Shown here piece by piece: positions 50,169-60,543 of a stretch of DNA of 64,000 nucleotides. The DNA comes from Candidatus Hadarchaeota archaeon (GTDB lineage Archaea; Hadarchaeota; Hadarchaeia; Hadarchaeales; JAGGTB01). Both the position numbers and the translations under genes were made by a program. Under the pieces are notes generated by a model. The model ran no database searches. It saw nothing but the letters and a program-made list of their open reading frames with translations, and had not been told where the DNA came from. The stretch covers positions 150,307 through 214,306 of the forward strand of contig CAYLJV010000003.1 in NCBI GenBank assembly GCA_964384105.1. Reading direction: 5' to 3'. The stretch's first letter is position 1. Every line of letters starts with the position of its first letter.

Positions 50169-51386
50169 TTATCTAGCCGCTTTTTTTAATACTTCTAGTA
50201 CTGGTAGTTTCTTTCCAGATAGGAAAGTCAGACAGGCCCCTCCGCCTGTACTAATGTGGTTAATCTTATCGGTTATTCCTAATTTTCTAGCAGAGGCTAC
50301 TAGATGACCCCCACCGATCGTCGTATAGGCACTCGTTTTTGCAAGCGCTTTGTGGATTCCATTTGTTCCTGTATCAAAAGGTGGTTTTTCGAATAGTCCG
50401 AGTGGTCCTTTTCCAAAAATCGTTTTTGCCTCGTTGATAATGATATTACTGTAATTTTCTATTGTTTTGTCTCCTATGTCGTATATGGGATATTCAGTCG
50501 GAAGGTCATCTATACTAATTACTTTTGCTTTTCCGTTTCCGGTTTCAACACGGAAGTCTAAAGGAGTTTCTATCTTATCTTCATACTCGGTAATCAGTTT
50601 TTCCGCTTTACTGAATTCGTCTCGATATCCCTTTTTGGATAATATCTCAGAATTGGTTTCTCCCAAATCGTGTCCCCCTCCTGCGAGAAACACATTAGCC
50701 AATAGACCCCCTGTGAGAATTTTGTCTGCTATTCCGTCGCTGATAATGTTATCTATCAGGTTCAAAGCATCGTCCACTTTCGCCCCGCCTAGAATGTAAA
50801 CGCTAGGGTGATCTGGGTTTCGAGTTTTCTTTAGTCCTTCAATTTCCCTTTCCATTAATCTGCCGGCTGCGGTTGGGATGGTTATTCCGAATCCGACTAG
50901 CGAGGCCTGAGAGCGGTGAGCAGCTGCAAAGGCATCATTAACGTACAGGTCAGCTAGAGGTGAAAGCTTTTGGACCAGATGAGTTTTTGCTTGTCTTTCA
51001 GCTGGTATATCTATTATCTCTTCTGAATAGAATCTCACATTTTCTAAAAGTAATATTTCCCCCGATTTAAGTTCCGAAATTTCTCTTCGGGCAGTGGACC
51101 CAAATATATCATCCACATATTTTACGGGAAGTCCAAGGACTTCACTCATCTTGTCGGCGTGATTCTCTAGTGTTGTGAAGTCGTCTCCGGCGGGTCTGCC
51201 TTGATGTGCTAGCACTACTACTTTGGCTCTGCTTTCCGCTAGTTCAATCAGAGTTTCAGAGCACTCCTTAATTCTATTCGCATCTGTGATGTCTTTTGTT
51301 TCTGGGTTTAAGGGTGAATTAATATCTACTCTGACTAGAACAGTTTTCCCGTCTAAGTCGAAATCGTCCAGTGTATTGGTCTTCAT
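50169..51386 (-). CDS. pgk: Phosphoglycerate kinase (archaeal type)
   Basis: RVDINSP, AHQGRP, LLENVRF, NDAFAAAHRSQAS, ISTGGGA. Confidence 0.97.
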   Translation of the reverse strand: MKTNTLDDFDLDGKTVLVRVDINSPLNPETKDITDANRIKECSETLIELAESRAKVVVLAHQGRPAGDDFTTLENHADKMSEVLGLPVKYVDDIFGSTARREISELKSGEILLLENVRFYSEEIIDIPAERQAKTHLVQKLSPLADLYVNDAFAAAHRSQASLVGFGITIPTAAGRLMEREIEGLKKTRNPDHPSVYILGGAKVDDALNLIDNIISDGIADKILTGGLLANVFLAGGGHDLGETNSEILSKKGYRDEFSKAEKLITEYEDKIETPLDFRVETGNGKAKVISIDDLPTEYPIYDIGDKTIENYSNIIINEAKTIFGKGPLGLFEKPPFDTGTNGIHKALAKTSAYTTIGGGHLVASARKLGITDKINHISTGGGACLTFLSGKKLPVLEVLKKAAR

Positions 51387-51414
51387 TGAACGCACCTATA
51401 TAGGTGTAATTACC

Positions 51415-52425
51415 TTACATATATTTTCCGATTTTATTGGCCATATCTACGAGTCTATTAGAATAACCCCATTCGTTATCGTACCATGAGATAACTTTGA
51501 CGAGGTTGTTTTCCCTAACAGTAGTAAATTCCGCGTCCACTATTGCTGATCTTGAATCTCCTATGTAATCGGATGATACTAAAGGAGTTTCGCTGTATCC
51601 TAGGATCCCTTTCAGTTTTCCTTCTGCGGCTTCTCTATATGCATTGTTGACACTTTCTTTGGTTACATCTTTTTCTAAAAGAGCAACTAAATCGACTACT
51701 GATCCGTCTATGGTTGGAACTCTCATAGCCATACCGTGGATTTTACCTTTTAGCTGGGGAAGAATCTTCGTTGTTGCTATTGCAGCACCTGTTGTTGTAG
51801 GTATTATAGAAGCTGCTGCTGCACGACCTCTGCGAAGGTCTTTGTGAGAGCCATCGAGTATTCTCTGGCTCATTGTGTAGGCGTGAACGGTTGTCATTAG
51901 AGCTTTTTCTATACCAAAATTGTCATCTAGAACTTTGACTGTTGGAACTAGGCAGTTAGTGGTACAGGATCCTAAATCCATTATTTTATGTTTTTCTGGA
52001 TCGTATTGGTCGTCATTTACTCCGGGAATTATAGATATGTCTGGACCATCTCCTTTTCCTGGGGCAGAAATCAGAACTTTTTTTGCTCCTGCTTCTAAGT
52101 GCTTGGCTGCGTCTTTTCTTTTCCTGAAAAGTCCTGTTGTCTCTAGAGCTAGGTCAATTTCTTTTTCCTCCCAGGGAAGGTCTTCTGGGTCTCTTATAGA
52201 AAGAGTTTCGATTTCTTTTCCTCCGACGATTATAGAGTTTTCAGTTGTTTCGACTTCTTCTTCAAGCGTTCCGAAAGTTGTATCGTATTTTAGTAAGTAG
52301 GCTAGCGTGGATGGATCTGAAGGGGCGTTAACGGCAACTATGTCAAAACTGGTTTCTCTCGCAAGGGCGGATCTTACAAAACACCGTCCAATTCGTCCAA
52401 AGCCGTTTATGGCTAGTCTCATCAT
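51415..52425 (-). CDS. gap: Class I (bacterial-type) glyceraldehyde-3-phosphate dehydrogenase
   Basis: INGFGRIGR, SCTTNCL, IIPTTTGAA, WYDNEWGYS. Confidence 0.96.
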   Translation of the reverse strand: MMRLAINGFGRIGRCFVRSALARETSFDIVAVNAPSDPSTLAYLLKYDTTFGTLEEEVETTENSIIVGGKEIETLSIRDPEDLPWEEKEIDLALETTGLFRKRKDAAKHLEAGAKKVLISAPGKGDGPDISIIPGVNDDQYDPEKHKIMDLGSCTTNCLVPTVKVLDDNFGIEKALMTTVHAYTMSQRILDGSHKDLRRGRAAAASIIPTTTGAAIATTKILPQLKGKIHGMAMRVPTIDGSVVDLVALLEKDVTKESVNNAYREAAEGKLKGILGYSETPLVSSDYIGDSRSAIVDAEFTTVRENNLVKVISWYDNEWGYSNRLVDMANKIGKYM

Positions 52426-52558
52426 TTTTAACCTCCCTGTGGACTAATCTTTACGGACAGTTATTAAACCTTATGAATCTGGAAGAAAGAGAGACTAACG
52501 CTGGTGATTTGTTTTATTAATTACTAGCCTAAGTTGAAATGTTGGAAAGGGTGGAAAA

Positions 52559-52813
52559 TTGACCAAAAGGGATATCGAGAAGATAAAAGAAAGTGCCGAA
52601 GAAATTGTAGATTCGTTTATGGAGATTACTGAGGATATTCCTGAACTTGAGGTTACATATTATGGACAGGAGACCTTGAATGTCTTCCGTCAGGATGGGA
52701 AACCTACTTCTAGTAAAGAACTCCAAAATTTTAGAAAAAATTTTCTCAAAATAATGCCCGAATCCGATGAGGATGGTAACTTGGAGGTAGAAATAGCTGA
52801 ATGGAAGAAATAG
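52559..52813 (+). CDS. gatC: Asp/Glu-tRNA amidotransferase subunit C
   Basis: 84 aa directly upstream of gatA; NVFRQD and FLKIMP patterns. Confidence 0.8.
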   Translation: MTKRDIEKIKESAEEIVDSFMEITEDIPELEVTYYGQETLNVFRQDGKPTSSKELQNFRKNFLKIMPESDEDGNLEVEIAEWKK

Positions 52814-54174
52814 ATACAGTTCAAAAAGTCGAAGCAATTCGATCTGGTGAAATCTCAATAGTTGATAACATCAGGCGTTGTGTATCTGCCATTGAGAGTA
52901 AGAATGATGAGATCAATGCATATTTGGATGTAAATCCTAATGCCTTGGATGAAGCACGGAGATTAGATAAGAGAGTAAAGGAAGGGAAAAAAGTTGGTAA
53001 ACTGGCTGGTCTTGGAATCGCTATAAAGTCGAACATAAATAAATCGGGTTTACGAGCAACTTGTGCTTCAAAGACTCTTGAGGATTATGTTTCTACCTAC
53101 GATGCAGAAGTTGTTAAGCGAATTCAAAAAGAGGATGGGATTATCCTTGGAATGACTAATATGGATGAGTTTGCTTGTGGCTCTTCTGGCGAGTCGAGTG
53201 CTTTTGGATATACCAAGAATCCTGCAACTGAGGATAGGATACCGGGCGGTTCTAGTAGTGGTAGTGCAGCTGCCGTGGCAGCGGGTATGTGTGATCTCTC
53301 TTTGGGGACTGATACAGGGGGGTCTATAAGGAATCCTGCTAGCCACTGTGGAGTAGTTGGCCTGAAGCCGACTTACGGTTTGGTTCCGCGGGAAGGATTG
53401 ATAGACCTTGCGATGAGTTTGGATCAAATTGGGCCGTTTTCTCCTGATGTCACTGGTGCGGCTCTTCTTACGGAGGTCGTTGCTGGGAGAAATCCCAGAG
53501 AGAGCGTAATGCTCGATGTTGAGGGTGAGAGTTATCTAGAGAATCTTGATGGAGATATGAATGGAATGAAAATAGGAACTAGTCCTAAATTTGGGGAACT
53601 TACAGATCCAAAAATTATGGAGGTAATCGATCAGGCTATAGAACAATTATCTGAGATGGGTGCCGAGATAGTTGAAGTTGACTTGCCCAATTTAGAAAAA
53701 GCAATGCCTACCTATTACCTGATTGTTTCTGTCGAGTTTTTTTCCGCAACTAGAAAATTTGACGGCAGAAAATATGGGAAAAAGATTGAGGATGTTTGTG
53801 GGGACGAAGTTCTTCGTAGGATATTTAGAGGAAAGCACATAAGCCGTAAGGAATTTAGAGGGAGGTATTACAAAAGGGCGCTTCAAGTTAGAACATTGAT
53901 AAAGAATGAGTTAAATGATGCCTTAAACAAGGCCGATGTTCTTGTGGGCCCGACGGTTCCAAAACTGCCTCATGAACTGGGTTCTGAAATAACTACTTCA
54001 GAAATGTATGCCTATGACTATCTAACTATTCCAGCTAACTTGAGTGGAATATGTGGTGGGGTGGTTCCAGGAGGAAAAGTCGATGGGATTCCTGTTGGAG
54101 TTCAAGTTCAGGCTTCTTCGCTCGATGAGGTTTCTATGATCAAGGTGATGAAGGCTTTGGAGGATATAGAATGA
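52801..54174 (+). CDS. gatA: Asp/Glu-tRNA amidotransferase subunit A
   Basis: TNMDEFACGSS, PGGSSSGSAAAV, GTDTGGSIRNPA. Confidence 0.96.
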   Translation: MEEIDTVQKVEAIRSGEISIVDNIRRCVSAIESKNDEINAYLDVNPNALDEARRLDKRVKEGKKVGKLAGLGIAIKSNINKSGLRATCASKTLEDYVSTYDAEVVKRIQKEDGIILGMTNMDEFACGSSGESSAFGYTKNPATEDRIPGGSSSGSAAAVAAGMCDLSLGTDTGGSIRNPASHCGVVGLKPTYGLVPREGLIDLAMSLDQIGPFSPDVTGAALLTEVVAGRNPRESVMLDVEGESYLENLDGDMNGMKIGTSPKFGELTDPKIMEVIDQAIEQLSEMGAEIVEVDLPNLEKAMPTYYLIVSVEFFSATRKFDGRKYGKKIEDVCGDEVLRRIFRGKHISRKEFRGRYYKRALQVRTLIKNELNDALNKADVLVGPTVPKLPHELGSEITTSEMYAYDYLTIPANLSGICGGVVPGGKVDGIPVGVQVQASSLDEVSMIKVMKALEDIE

Positions 54175-55517
54175 AAATAGGATTGGAAATTCATGAGCAA
54201 CTCTCTACGAGACGAAAATTGTTCTGTGACTGTCCGACGGATTATCGAGATAGTCCTCCGAATACCAATGTTTGTCCCGTCTGCACTGGAATGCCAGGAT
54301 CCAAACCGGCACCACCTAATAAAAAGGCAATCGATTCTGCTATAGAAATTGCCCTCATGCTAGATTGCGAGGTAATACGGAATGAGCCCATATATATCCA
54401 GAGGAAGCATTATGATTACCCAGATCTTCCCAGTGGCTATCAGCGGACCAGTCTCCCAATAGCGGTTAAAGGGGAGTTAAATGGAGTTGGAATTAGGGAG
54501 GTACATATCGAGGAGGATCCCGGAAAGTATGACCCCGCTTTGGGAAAAGTAGATTACAATCGATGTGGCGTCCCGCTTGTAGAGATTATCACTGACCCTG
54601 ATATGACTTCTCCTGAAGAGGCTCGGAATTTTTTACGCTCACTAACTAGAATTTTGGAATACACTGGGAAGGTTAGAGAAGAGGCGGGTACTATGCGTGC
54701 GGATACAAATATTTCTCTTGGGGGGGGGCAGCGAGTCGAAATCAAGAATATAAATTCTGTAAAAGGTGCACTGCGTGCCATAAAATACGAGGTGATGAGA
54801 CAGAAAAGGAGGGGGGAGAAGGTGAAGAGAGAGACACGGGCCTATATGGAGAAACAGATGATTACCGTTCCTATGAGATCCAAGGAAACAGCCGAGGATT
54901 ATCGATATATTCCCGATCCGGATCTTCTGCCGATGAAAATCGACGAATCTAAGGTTGAGGTTATTAGAGAACAGATGTGTGAGGCCCCACATTTGAGAAA
55001 GCGACGAATTATAGAGGATTATGGTATTGATCCACATGTCGCCGAAGTTTTGGTTAGTGAAAGAGGTTTCGTTGATCTTTTTGAAAAAATATCAAAAGAT
55101 GTAGATCCAGATTTTGCTTCTCACTGGTTTAAGGATACTCTTAGAAAAGTCCTAAATTACGAGGACATAAGCCCGAGTGAGATTCCATTCTCCGAAAAGC
55201 AGCTTGTAAAACTGATGAGAATGGTCGAAGAGGGAGAGGTTACGCCAGAACAAGGAGAGTCCATTTTAAGAGAAATGGCTGTAAATCCAAAGGATCCAGA
55301 GAAATTGATGAGAGAACTAGGATTCGAGGAGGTTGATAAAGATATTATTCATTCTGCTGTGAAAAAGGCCATTGAGTCGAACAGGGAAGCGGTGGAGGAT
55401 TATCACAACGGAAAAGAGGAAGCCTTGAACTATCTAGCTGGTCAAGTTATGAGGATTACTGAAGGAAAAGCGGATGCGCGGGAAGTAATGAAGATTCTAA
55501 AAAACAAACTTAGTTAA
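54171..55517 (+). CDS. gatB: Asp/Glu-tRNA amidotransferase subunit B
   Basis: IGLEIHEQL, KLFCDC, RKHYDYPDLP, VEIKNINS, DYRYIPDPDL. Confidence 0.96.
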   Translation: MKIGLEIHEQLSTRRKLFCDCPTDYRDSPPNTNVCPVCTGMPGSKPAPPNKKAIDSAIEIALMLDCEVIRNEPIYIQRKHYDYPDLPSGYQRTSLPIAVKGELNGVGIREVHIEEDPGKYDPALGKVDYNRCGVPLVEIITDPDMTSPEEARNFLRSLTRILEYTGKVREEAGTMRADTNISLGGGQRVEIKNINSVKGALRAIKYEVMRQKRRGEKVKRETRAYMEKQMITVPMRSKETAEDYRYIPDPDLLPMKIDESKVEVIREQMCEAPHLRKRRIIEDYGIDPHVAEVLVSERGFVDLFEKISKDVDPDFASHWFKDTLRKVLNYEDISPSEIPFSEKQLVKLMRMVEEGEVTPEQGESILREMAVNPKDPEKLMRELGFEEVDKDIIHSAVKKAIESNREAVEDYHNGKEEALNYLAGQVMRITEGKADAREVMKILKNKLS

Positions 55518-55536
55518 CAATAAGTTATTTTTTGGT

Positions 55537-56448
55537 CTATTCTTCTGGAAATAGAGTTTCTAGGATAATTTTTGGCTCGAATTCCACTAGATCATCGTAA
55601 TCCTGACCCGTACCGAGAAATAGGATAGGTTCTCCAGTTTCATGAACTATAGAGAGTGCGGCTCCACCTCTGGCGTCTGCATCGATCTTGGTTAAAATAG
55701 ATCCGTCAATATCGACAGTTTCTGCAAATTTCGATGCTTGTTCTACCGAGTCGTTTCCGGTGAGGGCATCTCCTACAAAAATGGTTAAGTCTGACTTTGC
55801 AACTCTACAAATTTTTTTCATTTCATCCATAAGATTTGCGTCTGTCTGCATTCTCCCTGCTGTGTCTACCAGGACTGCGTCTAGACCTTTTGCTTCAGCA
55901 TGTTTAACAGCATCAAAGGCCACTGCAGCAGAATCGGATCCCTTTTGATGTTTAATTACTCTAATTCCTAAGTTTTCACCATGTTTTTCTAACTGCTCTA
56001 TAGCGGCTGCTCTGAACGTGTCCGCGGCTGCTAGAACTAGTTCATAGTCTCGATCTTGAAGATATTTTGCGATTTTAGCGATAGTGGTTGTTTTTCCACA
56101 GCCGTTTACTCCAACAAATACCAATGTTGCTGGTTCTCCTGTCTCTTTCTTTTCTTCTATTGTTTTGATTATGTCAACTTCTTTTTTTGGTGATAGAAGA
56201 TCTTTTAAGATGTCCTTAAGGATTCCAAAAACTTGTTTTTTTGTATCTTTTTTTATCCCTGCTTTTTCTCCCTTGAGTTCCCCTTCTAATCTATTTATTA
56301 TCTCATCTGTTACAGGTACTGCTACATCGCTCTCTAGCAAGTCTACTCTTAGGTCCCAAATGATGTCTTCTACGTCTTCTGCTGTGAGTTCTCTTCCAGT
56401 GATACGTTTTGCTGTTCGCTTGAATTTTTGCCTTAGATTTTCTAACAT
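55537..56448 (-). CDS. ftsY: SRP receptor FtsY (NG domain only)
   Basis: GVNGCGKTT, DTFRAAA, DTAGR, TKIDADARGG, GTGQ. Confidence 0.97.
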   Translation of the reverse strand: MLENLRQKFKRTAKRITGRELTAEDVEDIIWDLRVDLLESDVAVPVTDEIINRLEGELKGEKAGIKKDTKKQVFGILKDILKDLLSPKKEVDIIKTIEEKKETGEPATLVFVGVNGCGKTTTIAKIAKYLQDRDYELVLAAADTFRAAAIEQLEKHGENLGIRVIKHQKGSDSAAVAFDAVKHAEAKGLDAVLVDTAGRMQTDANLMDEMKKICRVAKSDLTIFVGDALTGNDSVEQASKFAETVDIDGSILTKIDADARGGAALSIVHETGEPILFLGTGQDYDDLVEFEPKIILETLFPEE

Positions 56449-56459
56449 TTGCTTCTGCC

Positions 56460-56918
56460 TTATTCTTCTCTCTGTCCTTCTTCTGCTTGCGCTCTGGCCA
56501 TAAATTGCTGCATCTTTGGTCTTAGCTCTTCTATTTTATCGGTTAGTTCTTCTATCCTGTTTTCAACTTGTTCAAGAGATTTTTCGAAGTCCTTCTTTCT
56601 TTTGTTTAGTATTCGTGTGACATCTTTTGGAGGTCTTTCTGCTATTAGATCCGCACCCAAGTTGCTCAAGACTCGATTAGGGTCTCTTATTTCTGCAGGG
56701 ATAAAAGAGCCAGATCCTATCGGTACCAATATCTCACTTCCCGATTCAGCGTCTTCTAAACCGTCTAGGGTTTCTAAGGTAGATTCTATTTCCTGTAAGC
56801 GGCTAGAAAGTGCTTCAGTTTGACCTTCTAATCTTTCTATACTTCTCTGAGCTTCTCTTAGTTCAGCTAACTCTTGCTGGAACTCATCTCTTTCCTCATC
56901 AGTTATTTTTTCATTCAT
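56460..56918 (-). CDS. pfdA: Prefoldin alpha subunit
   Basis: EILVPIGSGSFI, VLSNLGA; coiled coils. Confidence 0.93.
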   Translation of the reverse strand: MNEKITDEERDEFQQELAELREAQRSIERLEGQTEALSSRLQEIESTLETLDGLEDAESGSEILVPIGSGSFIPAEIRDPNRVLSNLGADLIAERPPKDVTRILNKRKKDFEKSLEQVENRIEELTDKIEELRPKMQQFMARAQAEEGQREE

Positions 56919-57149
56919 TTATTCCACCTCGGCTAATGCTCTAATCTCAGGATTTTCGGCTTCTTCGGGCTTTATATCTTCGACGTTTACTATATTAATG
57001 AGATTCCTTTTTACTGCGTGTTTACTTCCAATTTCCGAGTATAAGCGCTCGACTACACGCTCTTTTGAGTTTGCTATCATTTCCTTTTTAAATTCTATCT
57101 TTTTCTTTCTTTTTTTGAACCAACCTTCTATTCGAAACACTTTTTCCAT
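56919..57149 (-). CDS. rpl18a: 50S ribosomal protein L18Ae/LX (eL20)
   Basis: LYSEIGSKHAVKRNLINI. Confidence 0.95.
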   Translation of the reverse strand: MEKVFRIEGWFKKRKKKIEFKKEMIANSKERVVERLYSEIGSKHAVKRNLINIVNVEDIKPEEAENPEIRALAEVE

Positions 57150-57170
57150 AAAATTTTCACTCTCCTTGTT

Positions 57171-57830
57171 TTATATGAAGCCTAAGGCGTTTTCAATTCT
57201 TCCCAACTCTGGACCTGTTGTATTCTTTCCTGTTAGTGCTCCGCTCGAATTTGCTATTATACAGGTTCCAATATATTTTACCCCACTCAAGGCAGTTCCG
57301 ATATCTCCTTGAACCTGTAGGGTTTTCTCAACAATTTCTAGTTCTTCTTCTGTAGTTTCAGGGTGTAGTAATACTCCTTTGTTTGTTGCTACCCCTGCGG
57401 CTCCAGTATTTCTCAGTCCTGCGATTGTACTTCGTCGAGTTTGTACACCTAGTGCTTTTTCTATTAAATCTACGGTATTCTTTGGAAGGTCCGGGTTTAC
57501 TATCGCGCCTTTGTCGTTTGCAAGTATTTGATTACCTAGTGCTGTGTATTTTCCGGGTATTACAGTTACTTTGGAATCTATCTGTTCGTCTAGTCTCTCT
57601 TCTTTTACGTCTATCATGTCTGGTACTGCAATTCCATGACTGTTACCGGCGGCAAGGATTCCAATTAGGGAGCTCTGTCCCACAAGGGTTTTGATTACCG
57701 GAACCTCTAATTCAGATGTTTCTTTAGGAATTTTTTCAAATATCGAGGGTACTAACAGTAAATTATCCGTTGCTAAAGCAAAAGCACCTAGATAAGTAAT
57801 GTGATTGAAATTCATTCGAGTAACAGTCAT
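57171..57830 (-). CDS. eif6: Translation initiation factor aIF6
   Basis: GNSHG, ALGNQILANDKGA, VATNKGVLLHP, TTGPELGRIENALG. Confidence 0.96.
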   Translation of the reverse strand: MTVTRMNFNHITYLGAFALATDNLLLVPSIFEKIPKETSELEVPVIKTLVGQSSLIGILAAGNSHGIAVPDMIDVKEERLDEQIDSKVTVIPGKYTALGNQILANDKGAIVNPDLPKNTVDLIEKALGVQTRRSTIAGLRNTGAAGVATNKGVLLHPETTEEELEIVEKTLQVQGDIGTALSGVKYIGTCIIANSSGALTGKNTTGPELGRIENALGFI

Positions 57831-57844
57831 GTAACTCCTCAAAG

Positions 57845-58096
57845 TTATTCTAGAGAAGAAACCTCTGCTACTCCGTCCGTAGTTTTGGTTATTCTAACCC
57901 TAACTTTTGCTGGAGGTTTTTCGGCTCCCCTCTTCCATATCTCATGGTTCAAGTTAGAGTCGATCTTTACTCTATCTACTTTCATATGTTTCCTTGCAAA
58001 TTTCTTTATGAGTCGGCTGGCTGTAGCTGCTCGCTTTCGCCTTTCAGCTTTCTGGGCGTCCCTGAGGGGGATAGTATAAACTTGCTCTTCTTCCAT
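57845..58096 (-). CDS. rpl31e: 50S ribosomal protein L31e
   Basis: YTIPLR, LNHEIWKRGAEKPP. Confidence 0.97.
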   Translation of the reverse strand: MEEEQVYTIPLRDAQKAERRKRAATASRLIKKFARKHMKVDRVKIDSNLNHEIWKRGAEKPPAKVRVRITKTTDGVAEVSSLE

Positions 58097-58108
58097 TTTT
58101 TTTATCGC

Positions 58109-58264
58109 CTATGGTTTGATATTTTGCCTACGCCAGTGTCTTCTCTTGGGATGGCTTCTGACTCTACCCTTTGTTTTAGCCATTACCCAGATTGGAACTC
58201 TTCGGCGTTGCTTGCCTGCTTTCGCAAGCTTCTTTTTTGTGGCTAGAGATTTATTCCGGGACAT
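58109..58264 (-). CDS. rpl39e: 50S ribosomal protein L39e, 51 aa; absent from the ORF track
   Basis: Hand translation [51 protein letters not shown]. Confidence 0.97.
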   Translation of the reverse strand: MSRNKSLATKKKLAKAGKQRRRVPIWVMAKTKGRVRSHPKRRHWRRQNIKP

Positions 58265-58265
58265 T

Positions 58266-58592
58266 TTATTTCCTCTTGATACTAATTGATTTTTTACTTT
58301 TTTGAAGCTTTTTTAAGATTTTCCGAAGTTGTTCGTCGTCAATCGGAAGATCTAATCTTCCGGTCTTGGCGAGTTGAATTAGCTGTAACTCGATTCTTTC
58401 AGTGAATTCCGGTCTTGCCATCCTCAGATTCGAAAGCCTGCTTCTAGCTTCGGAAGTCAGTATTTGTCTAAGTAATTGCTTTTTTTGTTGTTCCAGTTGC
58501 TCTTTTCTTTCTTTCTCAACTTCTTCCTGTTCTCTTTGAGCTTTTATTTCCTGTAACTTCTTCTTTTTGATCTTTTCCAGATCCTCATCCAA
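58266..58592 (-). CDS. PDCD5-like dsDNA-binding protein
   Basis: [32 protein letters not shown]. Confidence 0.93.
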   Translation of the reverse strand: MDEDLEKIKKKKLQEIKAQREQEEVEKERKEQLEQQKKQLLRQILTSEARSRLSNLRMARPEFTERIELQLIQLAKTGRLDLPIDDEQLRKILKKLQKSKKSISIKRK

Positions 58593-58594
58593 TG

Positions 58595-59023
58595 TCAGTT
58601 TTCCTCCTTAGACTCTATCCTATTTGAGATACGGTTAATAAGTGAGAGTCCTTTTGGGGATATTTTTCTTCCGCTTCCCCTTCTTTTTTCTACTAAACCA
58701 GCATCTTCTAATTGCTGGAGTATAGTTCTCACTATTTTTCCACTCCCCTTTCTAAATCTTTCCGGAGCAGACCCCCTCTCTTTTTTTCCTCCATATATTT
58801 TTCGGAGGCGGGATACTCCTATAGGGCCTCTTTTGTGTATCTGCCTAAGGACAGAAGCTGAACGGAAGTACCACCAGTCAGGGTTTTCAGGTGGTTTTTC
58901 TTTGTGTGTACCTGTTTTGACAAAGTGACTCCAATCAGGCGGTACTATCTCATCTTTGTCTTTTAATTCGATACTTAACTCTTCTGTTAGCTTTTGAGGA
59001 TGTACTTCCTTTATAGTCATCAT
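58595..59023 (-). CDS. rps19e: 30S ribosomal protein S19e
   Basis: WSHFVKTG, DWWYFRSASVLR, LQQLEDAGLV. Confidence 0.97.
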   Translation of the reverse strand: MMTIKEVHPQKLTEELSIELKDKDEIVPPDWSHFVKTGTHKEKPPENPDWWYFRSASVLRQIHKRGPIGVSRLRKIYGGKKERGSAPERFRKGSGKIVRTILQQLEDAGLVEKRRGSGRKISPKGLSLINRISNRIESKEEN

Positions 59024-59143
59024 TTCATCTCCTTGACTTTCTAATTTTTTTATCCTTATTTAATTAAGTTAATCTTCTCACTTACTAAAATATCCCTAGT
59101 TTAAAAAGCATTCCTTCCGACTTTTAATTTATTTGTGGACTAC

Positions 59144-60121
59144 TCATATTACCTTTTTATTTACTAAATTTGGAGGTTTTTCTCCCCTAAGTCCGATGAT
59201 CATATTTTCTGCAGCCATTTTACTCATTTTCAGTCTAGTTTCTTTACTTGCACTTCCTATGTGTGGGGTTAAGACAACGTGTTTTTTGATTTTGCCGAGT
59301 TTTGGGTTGACAAGTGGCTCTTTTTCAAAGGTATCGATAGCTGCGCCTCTAATCTCACCTTCTTTTAAGCTTTCAGCTAATTCATCTTCCTTTACTATTG
59401 GGCCTCTTGCGGCGTTTATCAGAATCGAATCTTTTTTCATCTTTTTAAATTCAGATGAGCCGAACATACTTTCCGTTTCTTCTGTTAGGGGTGTATGAAT
59501 GCTAATAAAATCGCTTTCTCTCAGAAGTTTTTTGAACTCAACCCTTTCTGCATTTAACTCTTTTTCGACGTCCAGATGACGGTTAGTGCTGGTGTAAACA
59601 ATTTTCATTCCAAACCCAAGATGGCCTCTTTTTGCCATAGCTTTTCCTATTCTGCCCATTCCTACTATCCCCAAAGTTTTGCCGTGGACGTCTACACCCA
59701 TGTGAGGTTGTATTAGCTCCCAGCCTCCGTATTTATTTTTTCTGGAGTATTCATCAGCCTCAGGGATTCTTCTTGCAGCACTTAATAGTAGGGAAAACGT
59801 GAGGTCTGCAGTGGTTTCGGTTAAAACTCCGGGAGTATTAGTGACCATTACATCTCTTCTTGTGGCAGTTTCCAAATCTATATTATCATATCCAACTGCC
59901 ACGTTTGAAATGACTGAGAGATTAGGGCAAGAATCTATTACTTCATCATCTATCTGGTCGTTTAGAAGACAGATCAAACCGTCTTTGTTTTGGGTTTTTT
60001 GTATCAGTTCTTTCTTTGAAAGGATTTCCGACGAATCGTTAATTTCTACATCGTGGCCTTCTTTTTCGAGCATTTCTATAGCTTTTTGAAAAATCCTCCT
60101 GGTTACAAATATTTTACTCAA
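59144..60121 (-). CDS. gyaR: Glyoxylate reductase / D-2-hydroxyacid dehydrogenase
   Basis: AVGYDNID, TNTPGVLT, GMGRIG, INAARG, PHIGSA. Confidence 0.88.
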   Translation of the reverse strand: MSKIFVTRRIFQKAIEMLEKEGHDVEINDSSEILSKKELIQKTQNKDGLICLLNDQIDDEVIDSCPNLSVISNVAVGYDNIDLETATRRDVMVTNTPGVLTETTADLTFSLLLSAARRIPEADEYSRKNKYGGWELIQPHMGVDVHGKTLGIVGMGRIGKAMAKRGHLGFGMKIVYTSTNRHLDVEKELNAERVEFKKLLRESDFISIHTPLTEETESMFGSSEFKKMKKDSILINAARGPIVKEDELAESLKEGEIRGAAIDTFEKEPLVNPKLGKIKKHVVLTPHIGSASKETRLKMSKMAAENMIIGLRGEKPPNLVNKKVI

Positions 60122-60213
60122 TTTTTACACCATCGAAATCGATCTTATTTATAAGATTAACATTCTTTATTTTCATCTGTTAATATACAAAATTTTTCTT
60201 AATTTTTTCCAAT

Positions 60214-60525
60214 TCATAGGTTTTTGTAAGGAATTCTCTTAATGTAACCACAATTTAGACATGTTATCGACATGTAAGGTTGGTTTGATCTTAATCTTAC
60301 TCGGCAGGTTTTGCCGGGAACCCAGAGTTTTTGACATTTCCGACATATTTTTAGCTTTAATGGTTTGGGGAGCTTTAAATTATATCGAGTTTTTAGTTTC
60401 CATGCCATCTCAGCGTATCGATGTGCGAGTTCCGGATTTTCTTTGAATATTTTAGAAGCAAAATCGAGTAATCTTTTTACCCTCTCTAGGGCTATTGATT
60501 TCAATTTTCGTTTCTTTCTGCTCAT
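60214..60525 (-). CDS. rnp4: RNase P protein Rpp21
   Basis: IALERV..L, LAHRY, CRKC...CLNCG..KRIPY. Confidence 0.93.
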   Translation of the reverse strand: MSRKKRKLKSIALERVKRLLDFASKIFKENPELAHRYAEMAWKLKTRYNLKLPKPLKLKICRKCQKLWVPGKTCRVRLRSNQPYMSITCLNCGYIKRIPYKNL

Positions 60526-60543
60526 TTAATGCAACTCGAATCT

